Source of the DNA: Octopus bimaculoides
Lineage: Eukaryota
Direction of reading: 5' to 3'
DNA: 33,550 nt
Assembly: GCF_001194135.2 (NCBI RefSeq)
Contig: NC_068990.1
Span: 78,768,972 to 78,802,521 of the forward strand
Every line of letters begins with the position of its first letter. The first letter of the stretch is position 1. The translations under genes and the position numbers were made by a program. Below the pieces are notes generated by a model that was given only the letters and a program-made list of their open reading frames with translations, was not told the origin of the DNA and ran no database searches. Below, piece after piece: positions 22,256 through 33,550 of this stretch.

Positions 22256-22290
<35 letters not shown>

Positions 22291-22404
22291 TATAGTGTAC
22301 TACTCCGTGATGGTTAGATCAACAAAAAAGGTACTCAATCTTGTGAGTGTTACAATACATGTAATAGACACAATACATGTTTTTATGTGCTAGTAATAGA
22401 TTCT

Positions 22405-22672
22405 TGTGCTGAGAAAATGCCAAAACGAAGCATACCCTGCGTGCACATAAATTCTTTCGCAAAAAATTTGAAGTCAAAACATTTTGATTCCCGTCCACCA
22501 GTTTTGAAGATAATCAAACCAAATTTTCTTCATGTTGAGCCACTCATCCAACGTGTATTTCTGCTAAATTTGGTGAAAACCCGTCCTGCCGTTTTCCAGT
22601 AATTTTGCAAACACACAGACAGAGACGAGTGACTACAATACCCTGCTTTCGCTTATGCTCGCTGGGTAATTA
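22405..22672 (+). mobile_element. Possible Helentron/HINE-type non-autonomous element 3' end
   Basis: AAATTTGGTGAAAACCCGTCC...ACACACAGACAGAGACGAGTGACTACAATACCC...GGGTAAT layout (short microsatellite, sub-terminal motif, terminal ACCC/GGGT stem). Assignment is from recall only. Confidence 0.35.
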
Positions 22673-24288
22673 TGACAGTAATTTTCATAGACCAATGTTC
22701 AACCATTTTTTTTTCATATAATGGATTCCATTAATTTATTACTTCAACTCAATAAACTAATTAAACAGTAGATTTTAACCAAACGGTTGAATCTCTTTTG
22801 TGAATCGGGGGGTGGTGGTTTTTGAAATTTTTTGAATGTCAATTTTTTGAAAGGTATTCTTAAAATGTTATCTTATGGTTTAACAATACATTTTTTGGCG
22901 TTTAGTGAATATCAGTTGTTGTTTGAAAGTTAGAATATCATTTTAGAATATATTTGTGTATTGTATGATTAGGAAAGAAAACACTTCTTAACGTTCTATT
23001 TACATCATTAGTAAGATTAACAAAGTGAAAAACCATCTGAAATAAAACAAAAGAAGAAATGGTTATTAAACACTTCAACTTTGTTCGAAGAGTTGACTAA
23101 AATTGGAAACCAAATGAAGTATTTTTTTATTTTATTTAGCAGTTAAATGTGATTCGATGTACTTATGGAAACTACACAGAGAATTTCACACCAAAATTTA
23201 TATTCTTTTTATTACAAAAACATTTTTTAGTTTAACGTTACACGATTTTGTATCAGTTACAAAGCATTTATGCTCTTGTTTATTTTGTTGGAATTTCTTG
23301 AAAGTTTTTGTATAATTGTTGAACTTTTAGTGCAATTTTAAAGTATTTAGAGACTACTTCAGTTTTCAGACATAATGAAGAATTCATTAAAAAAGTTTTC
23401 AATAGATGGATCTGAATTAGAGCAACAGTAAAAAATAATTTGTCCACTAAATTCAAAATATAAAAATTTAAAATTTAAACAAACAATTATTTAGCATTTA
23501 TTCGTAACGTCTTTTGTGTAGCTTCTTAATTAGTTCTTATATAATCTTATTCCTAGCTAGTGTTTTCAGGACCCACGTTTGAGGAGGAGTGGCAATAGCA
23601 ACTTGCAAATTCATGCCATATTCAAAGTCTTCTCTCTCCTTCTGAAGTCTTTGATTATATAGCATTATTGATCTGTCATTGGTCTTTACAGTTATATGAG
23701 TCTTTGCAACAACTTTTCTTCGCCTTTTCTTCTGGAAACAGGTTTTTTTTTTACCCGCTACCAGATATTGACCGAGGGAACGAAGAGTTGAAAATGGGGT
23801 CGTGAAGGGGTCCAATCCAATTTAGAATGGATTTTCTCCACAGTATGGAATTATATCTAGGTTTAATTATAGCTTGATTTCATTATACCCTAACCATATC
23901 TTGTTTAAATGTGTTCACTGTATAACGCTTGAATTTCTCCCCTCCTCCCTTGTCTTACCAAATGTCATACAGTTTTTAACATCCATATAAAGCATTTTAT
24001 TTGTATGTAAGGATTATTGCAGTAAATAAAAAAGTTTCTTTATGTCTGTTTGTCTTTGTTTGTCCCCTCTATGTAATGCCTTTATGGCAAAATTTATGAA
24101 ATAAAGAAGCTATTTCTTCTTCTTCTTTATCGCCAGAACTAGACGTGACGCGAGTGCGCTGTGAGTTATTGACTTATTTTCTTTGTTATAAGACTATATT
24201 TGTTTCCATTTTTTTTGTCGTATAGTTTGTCATATTTTGAGCTGACAATAAGGGTCTGAGCAAAAGTTATTGTTATCAGCCCTAAGGG

Positions 24289-24329
24289 GCAAAATTTCGA
24301 AAAGAAGGTTTTTCTTTTCGAAATCTTGC
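24289..24329. other. Perfect 13 bp stem-loop (extendable to 17/18 bp)
   Basis: ATTTCGAAAAGAA-GGTTT-TTCTTTTCGAAAT, flanked by GCAAA/CTTGC. Confidence 0.9.
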
Positions 24330-24789
24330 TTAAAATTTCCATCTGGCGGAGTCTTCCTCGCCAAACGGAGAAGAGAGGATGGTGGGAGGTAGTTTTGAAG
24401 GCGAATTGGCCTTCGCAGTCAATCTTCCACGGGAACTAACAAACGTGGAAAGAGGTAGTAGCAGAACCAACAACGACAAAGAACATAAAGGAAAATCATG
24501 TGAAAACAGCATCAGTACCACCACCGTTAACGCCAAAACAGTTGCTGAAAATGACAAAAGACATATCCTGCCTTAACGGGTTCGCATCTGCAGCCAAGCA
24601 ATCACAAGAACATATAAACCTGTCAAAAGGCGATTTAAAAAAATGCAAGAAGCATGTTAAAAAAATGGAAGAAGGTTAACTCCAGAAGCCATTGTATAGG
24701 ACACGTAAACAACGATACATAGGACAACTGGATTAAAAAGATTGAAAAGTATCTAAAAAATCGAAAAGTATCTAAAAATTATACAATGT

Positions 24790-25380
24790 ATAAATGTATG
24801 TGGCCTGATGGCACCTTTTGGAAACAAGGCCACCTACTCAACGACCTTAGTTCACTAAGTGCAGATGTAGTGGCTATCGGTGAAACCGGACTCTTCGACC
24901 GACGAGCTCATGCTTATTTTCCGTGGATACGAGGTCTATTTATCTCAATGTCAACCGGTAATGGGATGGGGTGGCACTGCGGTGTTGTTCCGGAGAGGTC
25001 TGGATCACAAGATAAGGATTATCTTTCTAGACCCGGAGGATAAGTTTGTGGTATTGGACGTGAACAGTAGCGACGGGGATGCCTTCAGACTAGTGTCTGT
25101 TTATGCTCCGACAGAAGGACAAGTAGATTTCTTCAGACCTTTGTAGGTTTTCCTAGGAACGTCTCGACCATTAGTGTTAGTGGGCGATCGGAACGCTTCA
25201 TTGCCTACCACGACAGCATGCCATGACTCTTGGCAAGTGGGGTGGAGCGTTGCCAAATGTCGATAACAGCTTCGGAAATGTGGAATGTGATGATTGGCTG
25301 TGCGGGGGCGGGAGTCGCCTGGTTTGGATGGTCTGCCCTACGAGCTTTACTTTTATATGTCAGACTTGTTTGGTCACTGC
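24790..25380 (+). mobile_element. Tx1/L1-clade LINE fragment: APE endonuclease plus the pre-RT SPGLDG segment, with an internal deletion
   Basis: INVCGL, KQGHLLNDL..LSADVVAIGET, GGTAVLFRRGL, FRLVSVYAP, LVLVGDRNA; then ITASEMWNVMIGCAG..SPGLDGLPYELYFYMSDLFGH (from 25315). Confidence 0.85.
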
Positions 25381-25558
25381 TGAGAAAGAACCCAAACAAG
25401 TGGGATTAAATATAAAATCTTAGGCAGAGGTCCGTTGCACTTGTGTGGTATATATTCTTTTTCACTTTCTTACCAAGACAAAACAATGTACATGATAACA
25501 CTTCCATTCACTTAGGATCAAAAGCCATGAGAGCCACTGCCTGGTACTGCATCAGGGC

Positions 25559-25985
<427 letters not shown>

Positions 25986-25988
25986 TTA

Positions 25989-26244
25989 AGGCGGCAGCCA
26001 GCTGGCAGAATCGTTAGCGCATTGGACGAAATGCTTAGCGGTATATCGCCCCTCGCTACGTCCTGAGTTCAAATTTCGCCGAGGTCGACTTTTATTTTTA
26101 TCCTTTCGGGGTCGATAAATCAAGTACCAGTTGAGTACTGGGTCGATGTGATCGACTTTCCGCTCCCCATAAAATCCAGGCCTTGTGCCTATTGTAGAAT
26201 GGATTATTATTATTATTGTTATTATTATTATTATTATTATTATT
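25989..26244 (+). mobile_element. tRNA-derived SINE copy 1 with (TTA)n tail
   Basis: GCTGGCAGAATCGTTAGC (A box), GAGTTCAAAT (B box), central CATCCTTTCGGGGTCGATAAAT.AAGTACCAG domain. Confidence 0.85.
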
Positions 26245-26246
26245 AA

Positions 26247-26457
26247 AGCGGTGAGGTAGCAGAATGGTTAGCACGCCGGACAAAGTGCTTAGCGGCATTT
26301 CGTCCGTCTTCCCGTTCTGAGTTCAAATTGCGCCGAGGTCGACTTTGCCTTTCATCTTTTCGGGAAGTACCAGTGGAACACTGGGGTCGTTATAATTGAC
26401 TCCTGCTCCTTCCACAGAATTTCAGGCCTTGTGCTTATAGAAGAAAAAGAATTATTA
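26247..26457 (+). mobile_element. Same SINE, copy 2
   Basis: Colinear with copy 1, with a small internal deletion. Confidence 0.85.
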
Positions 26458-26461
26458 GTTA

Positions 26462-26680
26462 AAGTGCTGAGCTGGCAGAATCGTTAGCACGCACGGCGAA
26501 AGGCTTAGTTGCGTTTTGTCCGACTTTATGTTCTGAGTTCAAATTTCACCGAGGTCGGTTTTCATTATTTCAGAGCTGAGAAAATAAGTATCAGTTGAGC
26601 ATTGAGGTCGATGACATTCGCTTCTCCATCCCTGAAAATTGCTGGCCTTGTGCCAAAATAAAGAGTGCTATTATTGTTGT
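26462..26680 (+). mobile_element. Same SINE, copy 3
   Basis: Colinear and more diverged. Confidence 0.8.
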
Positions 26681-27646
26681 TTGATTTCTTTTTCTGTTAT
26701 CTCTCTTACTTCCATCCAAAATTACATAATTGTAAATCTCTATAAATTCGCCCATCACTGCCAAATCGCTATCTTTTAGACAACGTGTTAACATTTAATT
26801 CTAGGCAAATTCTGGAAACATAAAACACAATAAATTTCCCTGATTAGGTTCTCTAAACAACATCAAAATTGAGTTACCATCGCATTTTGCACGCTAATTG
26901 CTCAGTAATTAATTCAATCAACTCCAGAACTGAGCCACTCAATATTTACTCTTGATTATCGATGCAAATTTAGCAGTAGAACACCTGATGAACAGCAGGA
27001 ATCTGGGATGGCCAATAAAATTTCTTTAGAATTAATTCTATAAAGGAAATATATTTATTCTTTTATATTAAATCTAAACGTAAAATCGTACGTTCAGCGC
27101 CACATTTACTCACTTGAAGATTGTATGTATATCCATGCGACAAAAGACATTTTCTTGATAGAATTGATGATAAATACAATTCTGATGCTGAGAAATGAAG
27201 CTCTTAACGTATAGAGGCTTGAAGCATCTGAAACAGTGATGTGAAGTGTTATTGGCGTTTTTGCTCCTCCTGTGTCCAACATTATTAATTGAATCAACGA
27301 AAACGTAGGATGTGTGAAGTTGACACTGCTAGACTGATATATCTTAAAGAAGTGCAAATACACTTGGTAAGGATTTTTGATAACATAGCTGCCACATGTC
27401 TTTAATTAGATCTCTTTCTTTTCTCACCTTTACTCATTTCTCTCTCTCTGTTTCTCTCAGTCTCTTTCTTGATCTTTCTCTTCATCTTGCTCTCTTTCCC
27501 ACTCTCTCCCACTTTCTCTCCCACTCTCTCCCACTCTCTCTCCTCTCCCTCTCTCTAATGCAGTACCATTCCTTCCCAGTGTGTTACTATGTGATATCTG
27601 AGTTCGGATATAACGTGTGTGATAAGAAATCGTTGCCGAAGCTGTT

Positions 27647-27647
<1 letters not shown>

Positions 27648-27717
<70 letters not shown>

Positions 27718-27728
27718 GTCTGTCTGCC

Positions 27729-27760
<32 letters not shown>

Positions 27761-27786
27761 AGTCTGTCAGTCTGTCTGTCTGTCTG
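27648..27786. repeat. (TATC)n-(TGTC)n microsatellite
   Basis: Directly visible. Confidence 0.95.
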
Positions 27787-27787
27787 T

Positions 27788-28395
27788 GGGAACGTCATAG
27801 ATGACTTCAGGCCCATCACTCTGCACAACGCAGATTTGAAAATTTTGGCCAAGGTGTTAGCCGAGAGGTTGGCGCTTGTCCTCGAGAAACCAGTCGACAA
27901 GGCGCAAATGTGCGCCGTGCAGGGTAGGAGTATCCATGACAACCTCCATCTAATGCGCTACATCGTAGACAGGGTAGTTAAGGAACCTGCCATGGGTGGG
28001 GCGCTGATCAATCTGGATCAATCAAAAGCTTTCGATAGAGTAGACCATCACTACTTGGAGGCTGTCCTTAGAGCGGCTGGTTTCGGTCCTATCTTCCGCG
28101 GTTGGATCGCTGCCTTATACAGCGGCATCCGCTCGGTAGTTCGCGTAAATGGTTATCTATCCAGACCATTTAACATCATGCGTTCGGTTCGTCAAGGATG
28201 CCCCCTTTCGTCGCTTTTGTATGTATTGACCCTTGAGCCACTACTGCGGAAGCTAGCGACGTTGAGGGGTATCCCACGAGAGCTGGGATGCGGGACGAGC
28301 GTGTCTGCATACGCGGACGACATCACCGTCATAGTGTCGAGCCACAAGCACATCGACCTGGTCGGTGAGACACTAAAAGAATACGTAGCGGTAAC
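27788..28395 (+). mobile_element. Tx1/L1-clade reverse-transcriptase fragment, open for about 200 codons, truncated at both ends
   Basis: DFRPITLHNADLKILAKVLAERL, LDQSKAFDRVDH, RSVRQGCPLSSLLYVL, SAYADDITV. Confidence 0.93.
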
Positions 28396-28826
28396 TCTTT
28401 ATGGGTAAACGCCATATATATATATATCAGTTTTATGGGTAATTTATATATATAAATCCACAATTCAGATTTAAGTTAATTTTTTAAGAATTGTTTTTCT
28501 TGGCATAAGACACTCTTGTAAGATAAAATTGAATGAAACAGATGTGTGAATAAAGGTCGCTTTTAAAAAAATATATTCATGAAATTTTAAACATTTCTTT
28601 ACTGAAGAATTTATCTCTCACATTGAGTCAGGTATCAGCTGCGATTAACTACTAACAGCAATTCATAGGTTAAAATGGCAACTTATTACCTCGCAGGAAA
28701 CAAATACACAAAAGGGAAATGAAGGTTCCTGGACTACGAATGGCCGTTGGTGGTTGGTAGCAAGTGGTGGTACTTGGCGATGCACTGTGCTTGTGTACAT
28801 TTGATATTAATTGAATATGTACACTC

Positions 28827-28831
28827 ACTCA

Positions 28832-28895
<64 letters not shown>
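28827..28895. repeat. (CA)n microsatellite
   Basis: Directly visible. Confidence 0.95.
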
Positions 28896-28897
<2 letters not shown>

Positions 28898-29452
28898 GAT
28901 ATTGCCCAAAAGAAATCTAGTTAAATTAGAATATTCATGATTTTATATAAATGTTGATAATTGCTCCAAGACACAGCGAAATATATTTACAAAATATTTG
29001 GACAGTTTATACTTATTATTTTTCTATATTTGTTACTGTAGTGTGTTGTTTAGTATTGTTTTTAGCATTTCTTTTATATGTTTGTTAGTGTGTTACTGTT
29101 TCATTGTAAACTACCGAAAAAAAAAAAACGGAAAATAAACAAATAAAATATTTCTTACTGCTTCACCTTTTTAAATTCTTATCCCAGCGTTACTGATACA
29201 TTATGTCCTTCGGCAAAACACTTCATCCCAGTTAGCTGACGACAATTTATGCTTTATCAAGAAATCAATAAAAATAGCAGATCCAGCGAATGGAATCATT
29301 ATTAGTAAGAATGTTGAGCTCCGAGTGAACGTGTTAATAGAATGTAGTGATAATGTGATATTTTAACAATGAATAGCTAATATTACGATATTAAAGCATT
29401 ATATAGCTAATACTATTGTTTAGTATTGTATAGCATATATTATGATATGATA

Positions 29453-29662
29453 AGGCAGAGAACTGGCAAAACGCACCGGACAAAATGCTTTGCGGTATTT
29501 TCTCCGCTTTTACGGTCTGTGTTCAAATTTCGCCGATGTTGACTTTGCCTTTCATCCTTTCAGAGTCGACAAAATAAGTACCAGTTATATACTGGGTTCA
29601 ATGTAATTGACCTTCACCCTCCCTCTAAATTGCTGGTCTTGCGCCCAAATTTGAAATCAATT
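29453..29662 (+). mobile_element. SINE, same family as 25989-26680
   Basis: GTTCAAATTTCGCCGATGTTGACTTTGCCTTTCATCCTTTC.GAGTCGACAAAATAAGTACCAG. Confidence 0.85.
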
Positions 29663-29808
29663 TTATGATATGGTAATACGATATAGCTAATATTGTGATA
29701 TCGCAACGTTAGAATATTAAAACAATATAAAGTTAATATGATATAATACTGTGAGGCTGATATTATGAGCTGTCTAAGAATGGTTTAACATAAGCTGTTT
29801 AGCATCAG

Positions 29809-29852
29809 ATAGTCTGATGACAGCAAGTACACCGAAACTTCGAAGTCACTGT
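29809..29852 (+). ncRNA. Minimal type I hammerhead ribozyme-like motif, stem II decayed
   Basis: ATAGT-CTGATGA-CAGCAAGTACACC-GAAA-CTTCGAA-GTC-ACTGT. Stem I 5 bp, perfect palindrome ACTTCGAAGT (29837-29846), AATAAA at 29875-29880. Confidence 0.65.
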
Positions 29853-30499
29853 GAACCTTGTCCTTGTAAAATTCAATAAATATGTACTCTATAAAAAGAC
29901 ATTGAGAAATCCTTCAAATTAATGTTAAATTGTTTTTATATATATAATATATATTATAAAAACTAGTGTCAGGTCGCTCTAGAGTGCTACTGGTAACATG
30001 TGACCCAGTATAACCTGTTGCATGGTCGGGTCGTCGGCGACTAAACTGGTAACCCCACCAGGAGGGTGTGTTGGACACCCTGCGGGATAAAAAAATAAGA
30101 CCCGTCAAAGACGGAGGAATTCCATGGACAGTCAATGGCCATCCAACAAAATGTTTGTAAAAAGAAAAAGAAAGAATGTCTGTAATATAAATAAAAAATA
30201 AAAAGATATATGTATGTATGTGTGTGTGTGTGTGTGTGTATTCACGAAAAACTATTAGAAACATTACTTCAGGTATATTTTGTTGATTAAATTTTTTTCT
30301 TCGAAAATGGATTTGTTTTTGAAGATATTAAATATGGAAAGAACTAAAAGAAATATACATTTGCTACATAAGAACGCCAGGAGATATTTCTCTCACTTCA
30401 AAGTGTATTGAATTACGCAGCTGGTTATTGGTTATTGATTACAGTTCGATTGTAGAGAACTGTGAGAGATTGCAATCCCAACTGTATAAGAGTTCTGGG

Positions 30500-30940
30500 A
30501 ACTGTAAGGAGTAATGCGGTGTTACCTGATTGCTCCAGCTAACCGGATGTATTCCAAAGACATTAGAATAAAGACATAATAAAACCGAAGTGATGTGGGC
30601 GCTGCGGAAGGTATTTATTCTCACTTGTCTGGATTATTGGTGCTAACAAATATTCGCTGGAACCAATTTGCTGGAGCGTCTTTGATTATCAGGAATTCAG
30701 TTGTTATTGCACAGAGAAAGAGATCAGCTTTGGCTGTCGCATTCTCAAGAGATGTTAACCCTTCTGTTGGTGATAGAAAGATTTCCTGACAAGCTAGGAG
30801 CGAGTCTGACATGTTTGCAACAAGTTTCGAAATACCTGGAATAAGGTATTTCAAAATCTAGCTTTCTTGGGATGTGCAGCGGATATTCTTCTCCATGGAG
30901 TTGAAGCTTGGAGCATGAAGACGAAGACAGAAGGTAGTAC
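30500..30940 (+). mobile_element. Highly decayed RTE-like RT C-terminal fragment
   Basis: NKTEVM (about 30580-30597) and ILLHGVEAWSMK (about 30884-30920) at plausible spacing; many stops in between. Confidence 0.4.
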
Positions 30941-30958
30941 ACTAAACACATATGCGCC

Positions 30959-31073
<115 letters not shown>

Positions 31074-31749
31074 TAATGTCCTAAATGTGTGTCTATTTTT
31101 ATGATTCGAAACCTCGAAATGAAAGGAATCATGTGGCTACAAATCGGCATCAGGTAATAATTTGAATGAACAAAGATCTACTTTACTTATCAAAGCCATT
31201 AATTTATTAGCAAAATCTTTTGTTCACACAACATTGAAGAAAAATAAAGCTTTTATTCAAATTAAAAAACATATAAATAGAAATAAAGAATTGAAAGGAA
31301 TTCTCTAAACCAATGTTGCTGACGTCAGCGTTAGACTTCCTTTCATTTTGTGCTGGAGAAAATTTTGAAAAGTTTTTTTTTAATATTGCTTTACTTTCAT
31401 TATTAGTATTGTTGTTGTTGCTATTTCTGACAACACTTACCCAACGTGAGTATCATTCCAAATTTTTAGAGGGTGGAATAGCAAAAACTGTACATTTACA
31501 TACATACATAAATACATATATAAATATATATGTATATATATATATATAGAGTGATAGATGTAACTGAATTTGTGTGTGTGTGTGTGCGTGCGTGTGTCTG
31601 TGTATGGAGGTGGGGTGAGTCTCTACCTATGAATGCGTGATCGTGTCTATATGAGTGGATGTAAAGAAAAATGGCGGACTTTAGCACTGTAAAAAGGTGA
31701 CGAAAATTACACATATACACATGCATACACATACGCATGCACACACACC

Positions 31750-31790
<41 letters not shown>

Positions 31791-33550
31791 GCGCACACAC
31801 ACATACACACACACACCTGCATAGACGCATGAAGAGAGAAAAGAGATATTTGAATCTATGCTTGAAAGAGCGGAGAGAAAGAGAGAGAGAGAGTGAGTGT
31901 AGGAGAGCAATAGATAAATAGATAGATATGAGGGAGAGAGAGAAAGAGAGTGTACGGTGTTAGACATTAGATTGGGGAAGTAAAGTGAAAATGGTGGAGT
32001 TGACGAGAATGAGTGGGCGTGAAAAGGTGGATGATGTGGAATGAGAGGAGGGAGAAAAATTAATAGTAGAGATGACCAACATTAACCAACACAATGAATG
32101 ATGTATTCAGAGAAATAGAAAAAAAATATCTAATCTAGTTTTACGGCATAAATATTCATGACACTTCACCGTTCGTTTCTGTGAAAGAAATGGCACAACA
32201 AACCTTGAGCGTCACATGACATACCTTTCTACACTTCCATTTGCTGGCTTTGTGTGTCTTTTTTGGACGTGTGTGTACACGAGTGTGTGCATGTGTGTGT
32301 GGATCCATGTGTGTGTGTGTGTGTGTGTGTGTGTTTATGCATATCTATGTATGTGTGTGCTTTTATGCTATTGTTACTATCATCACTCAAGTGTTTGGTA
32401 TGATTTTTGTAAAAGTTCCGCCTCAAATTATCTCTTATGACATTATTATTGTTAATATTATTATTGTTGTTGGTCTTCGTTATTATCATTATTATCATTA
32501 TTGTTGAACGATGAATTACGATATTCCATTGCTTCCTGGATTTGCCATATTCCTTATCGATCTCCACCCAACTCATTATTGTATTTTGTTTTGTTACGGC
32601 TTTGGTCAGTAACACGTTTCTTTGATGGATTCATTGTCCAGCTCCTGTTGGACTCCATAGTTTCATTTTTAATTTTCCAAAATCCTCATTTTTAAAAAAA
32701 ATATTAAATGTCGTTCCTTGTTTATGTAAAAGAGAAAAAGATGAAAGAAAGTGGAAAGAAGAAGAGATGGAAGGAGGCATGAAACGATTAGTTCTTGTTC
32801 AGCCTCAAAATAATGCGGAAGGAAAAAGCACGCCGTTCTCCCTCTCCGACACACTCGAGTAGTTTATGGCAGAATGCCATTTCAACTTCACCTTTACATC
32901 AACGCCAGGAATGTTGAAAATGGCACTGGTGTTAATACTACATGACCCACGACACCACCAGCTACAATACCACCAACAACGTCATTCAAAGCAAATTCAT
33001 GCACAAAAACTTTGACTTTTGGAACGTTTGCACGGATTTACTGAGTTTAAGAAGTGATCTTACTCAGTTACGAGTTGTTTCTTATATTTAATTATTTATG
33101 GACCCCACCAAATACCACTACACCACACCACCACACCACACACCACTACAGCACACACCACCACACTACACACCTCACACCATATATAAATATATAAATA
33201 AATAAATAAAAATTTATAAATAAATAATGCAATATTTTAAATAAAATAAATATATGAATTAAATATTACTAAAATTATATAATAACAAATTAGATATACC
33301 TCTCAATATAGGTAAATTTGAAAATAATAATAGGGGATAATTTAAAATTAAAACTATGCATAGTGTAATTACTCCCCTTGGTACTAATCACCTATAAATA
33401 CCCATAATTCACTGCTATCTTCTTCCTCAAATCACCATTTTAGTACCAGCAAAAAAAGGAAGATATGTATTTGAATTTTTCTTGTTATATATCACATTTA
33501 AACACAGACATTTTTTATTCTGATGTTTAATCTTATATCTCACATTCTGT

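Noticed and set aside
24379-24576. 65 aa ORF as ORF1 of the Tx1 element or as a host exon
   Set aside because: No zinc knuckle, RRM or splice support, and unrelated A-rich sequence separates it from the endonuclease.
27106-27370. Coding-like stretch ending in GTAAGG
   Set aside because: All three plus-strand frames contain stops and no motif was recognised.
29230-29275. CTGACGA...GAAA (and CTGATGA at 26987, CTGAAGA at 28602)
   Set aside because: No supporting stems; chance matches to the core words.

Overview
Animal genomic DNA: AT-rich, full of microsatellites, with six N-gaps that all abut simple repeats (short-read scaffold). The SINE, mariner and LINE content resembles a coleoid cephalopod such as Octopus; this is inferred from recall, not from a search. 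Only one host-gene exon is supportable. It is a 1.25 kb first coding exon on the minus strand (2282->1033) encoding a type II membrane protein with a long stem, ending at a GTAAGT donor, so the gene continues off the left edge. The remaining ~31 kb is mostly decayed transposable elements: two DD34D mariners (one full length with TIRs and TA TSDs), a DD37D maT, Penelope-like GIY-YIG, CR1/L2-like, RTE-like, R4/Dong-like and Tx1/L1-like fragments, Helitron-like elements, a fold-back MITE and several tRNA-derived SINE families. Two things stand out. (i) Five dispersed, mutually unrelated type I hammerhead-ribozyme motifs, all with a self-complementary stem III (4558+, 8433-, 19643-, 21596-, 29809+). 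Two have very long stem II hairpins and one caps a ~175 nt rod-like fold; each has at least one lesion. (ii) An exact 105 bp copy of the exon's 3' end is inserted into an intronic SINE at a microhomology. Almost all other ORFs in the track are microsatellite or gap artefacts.
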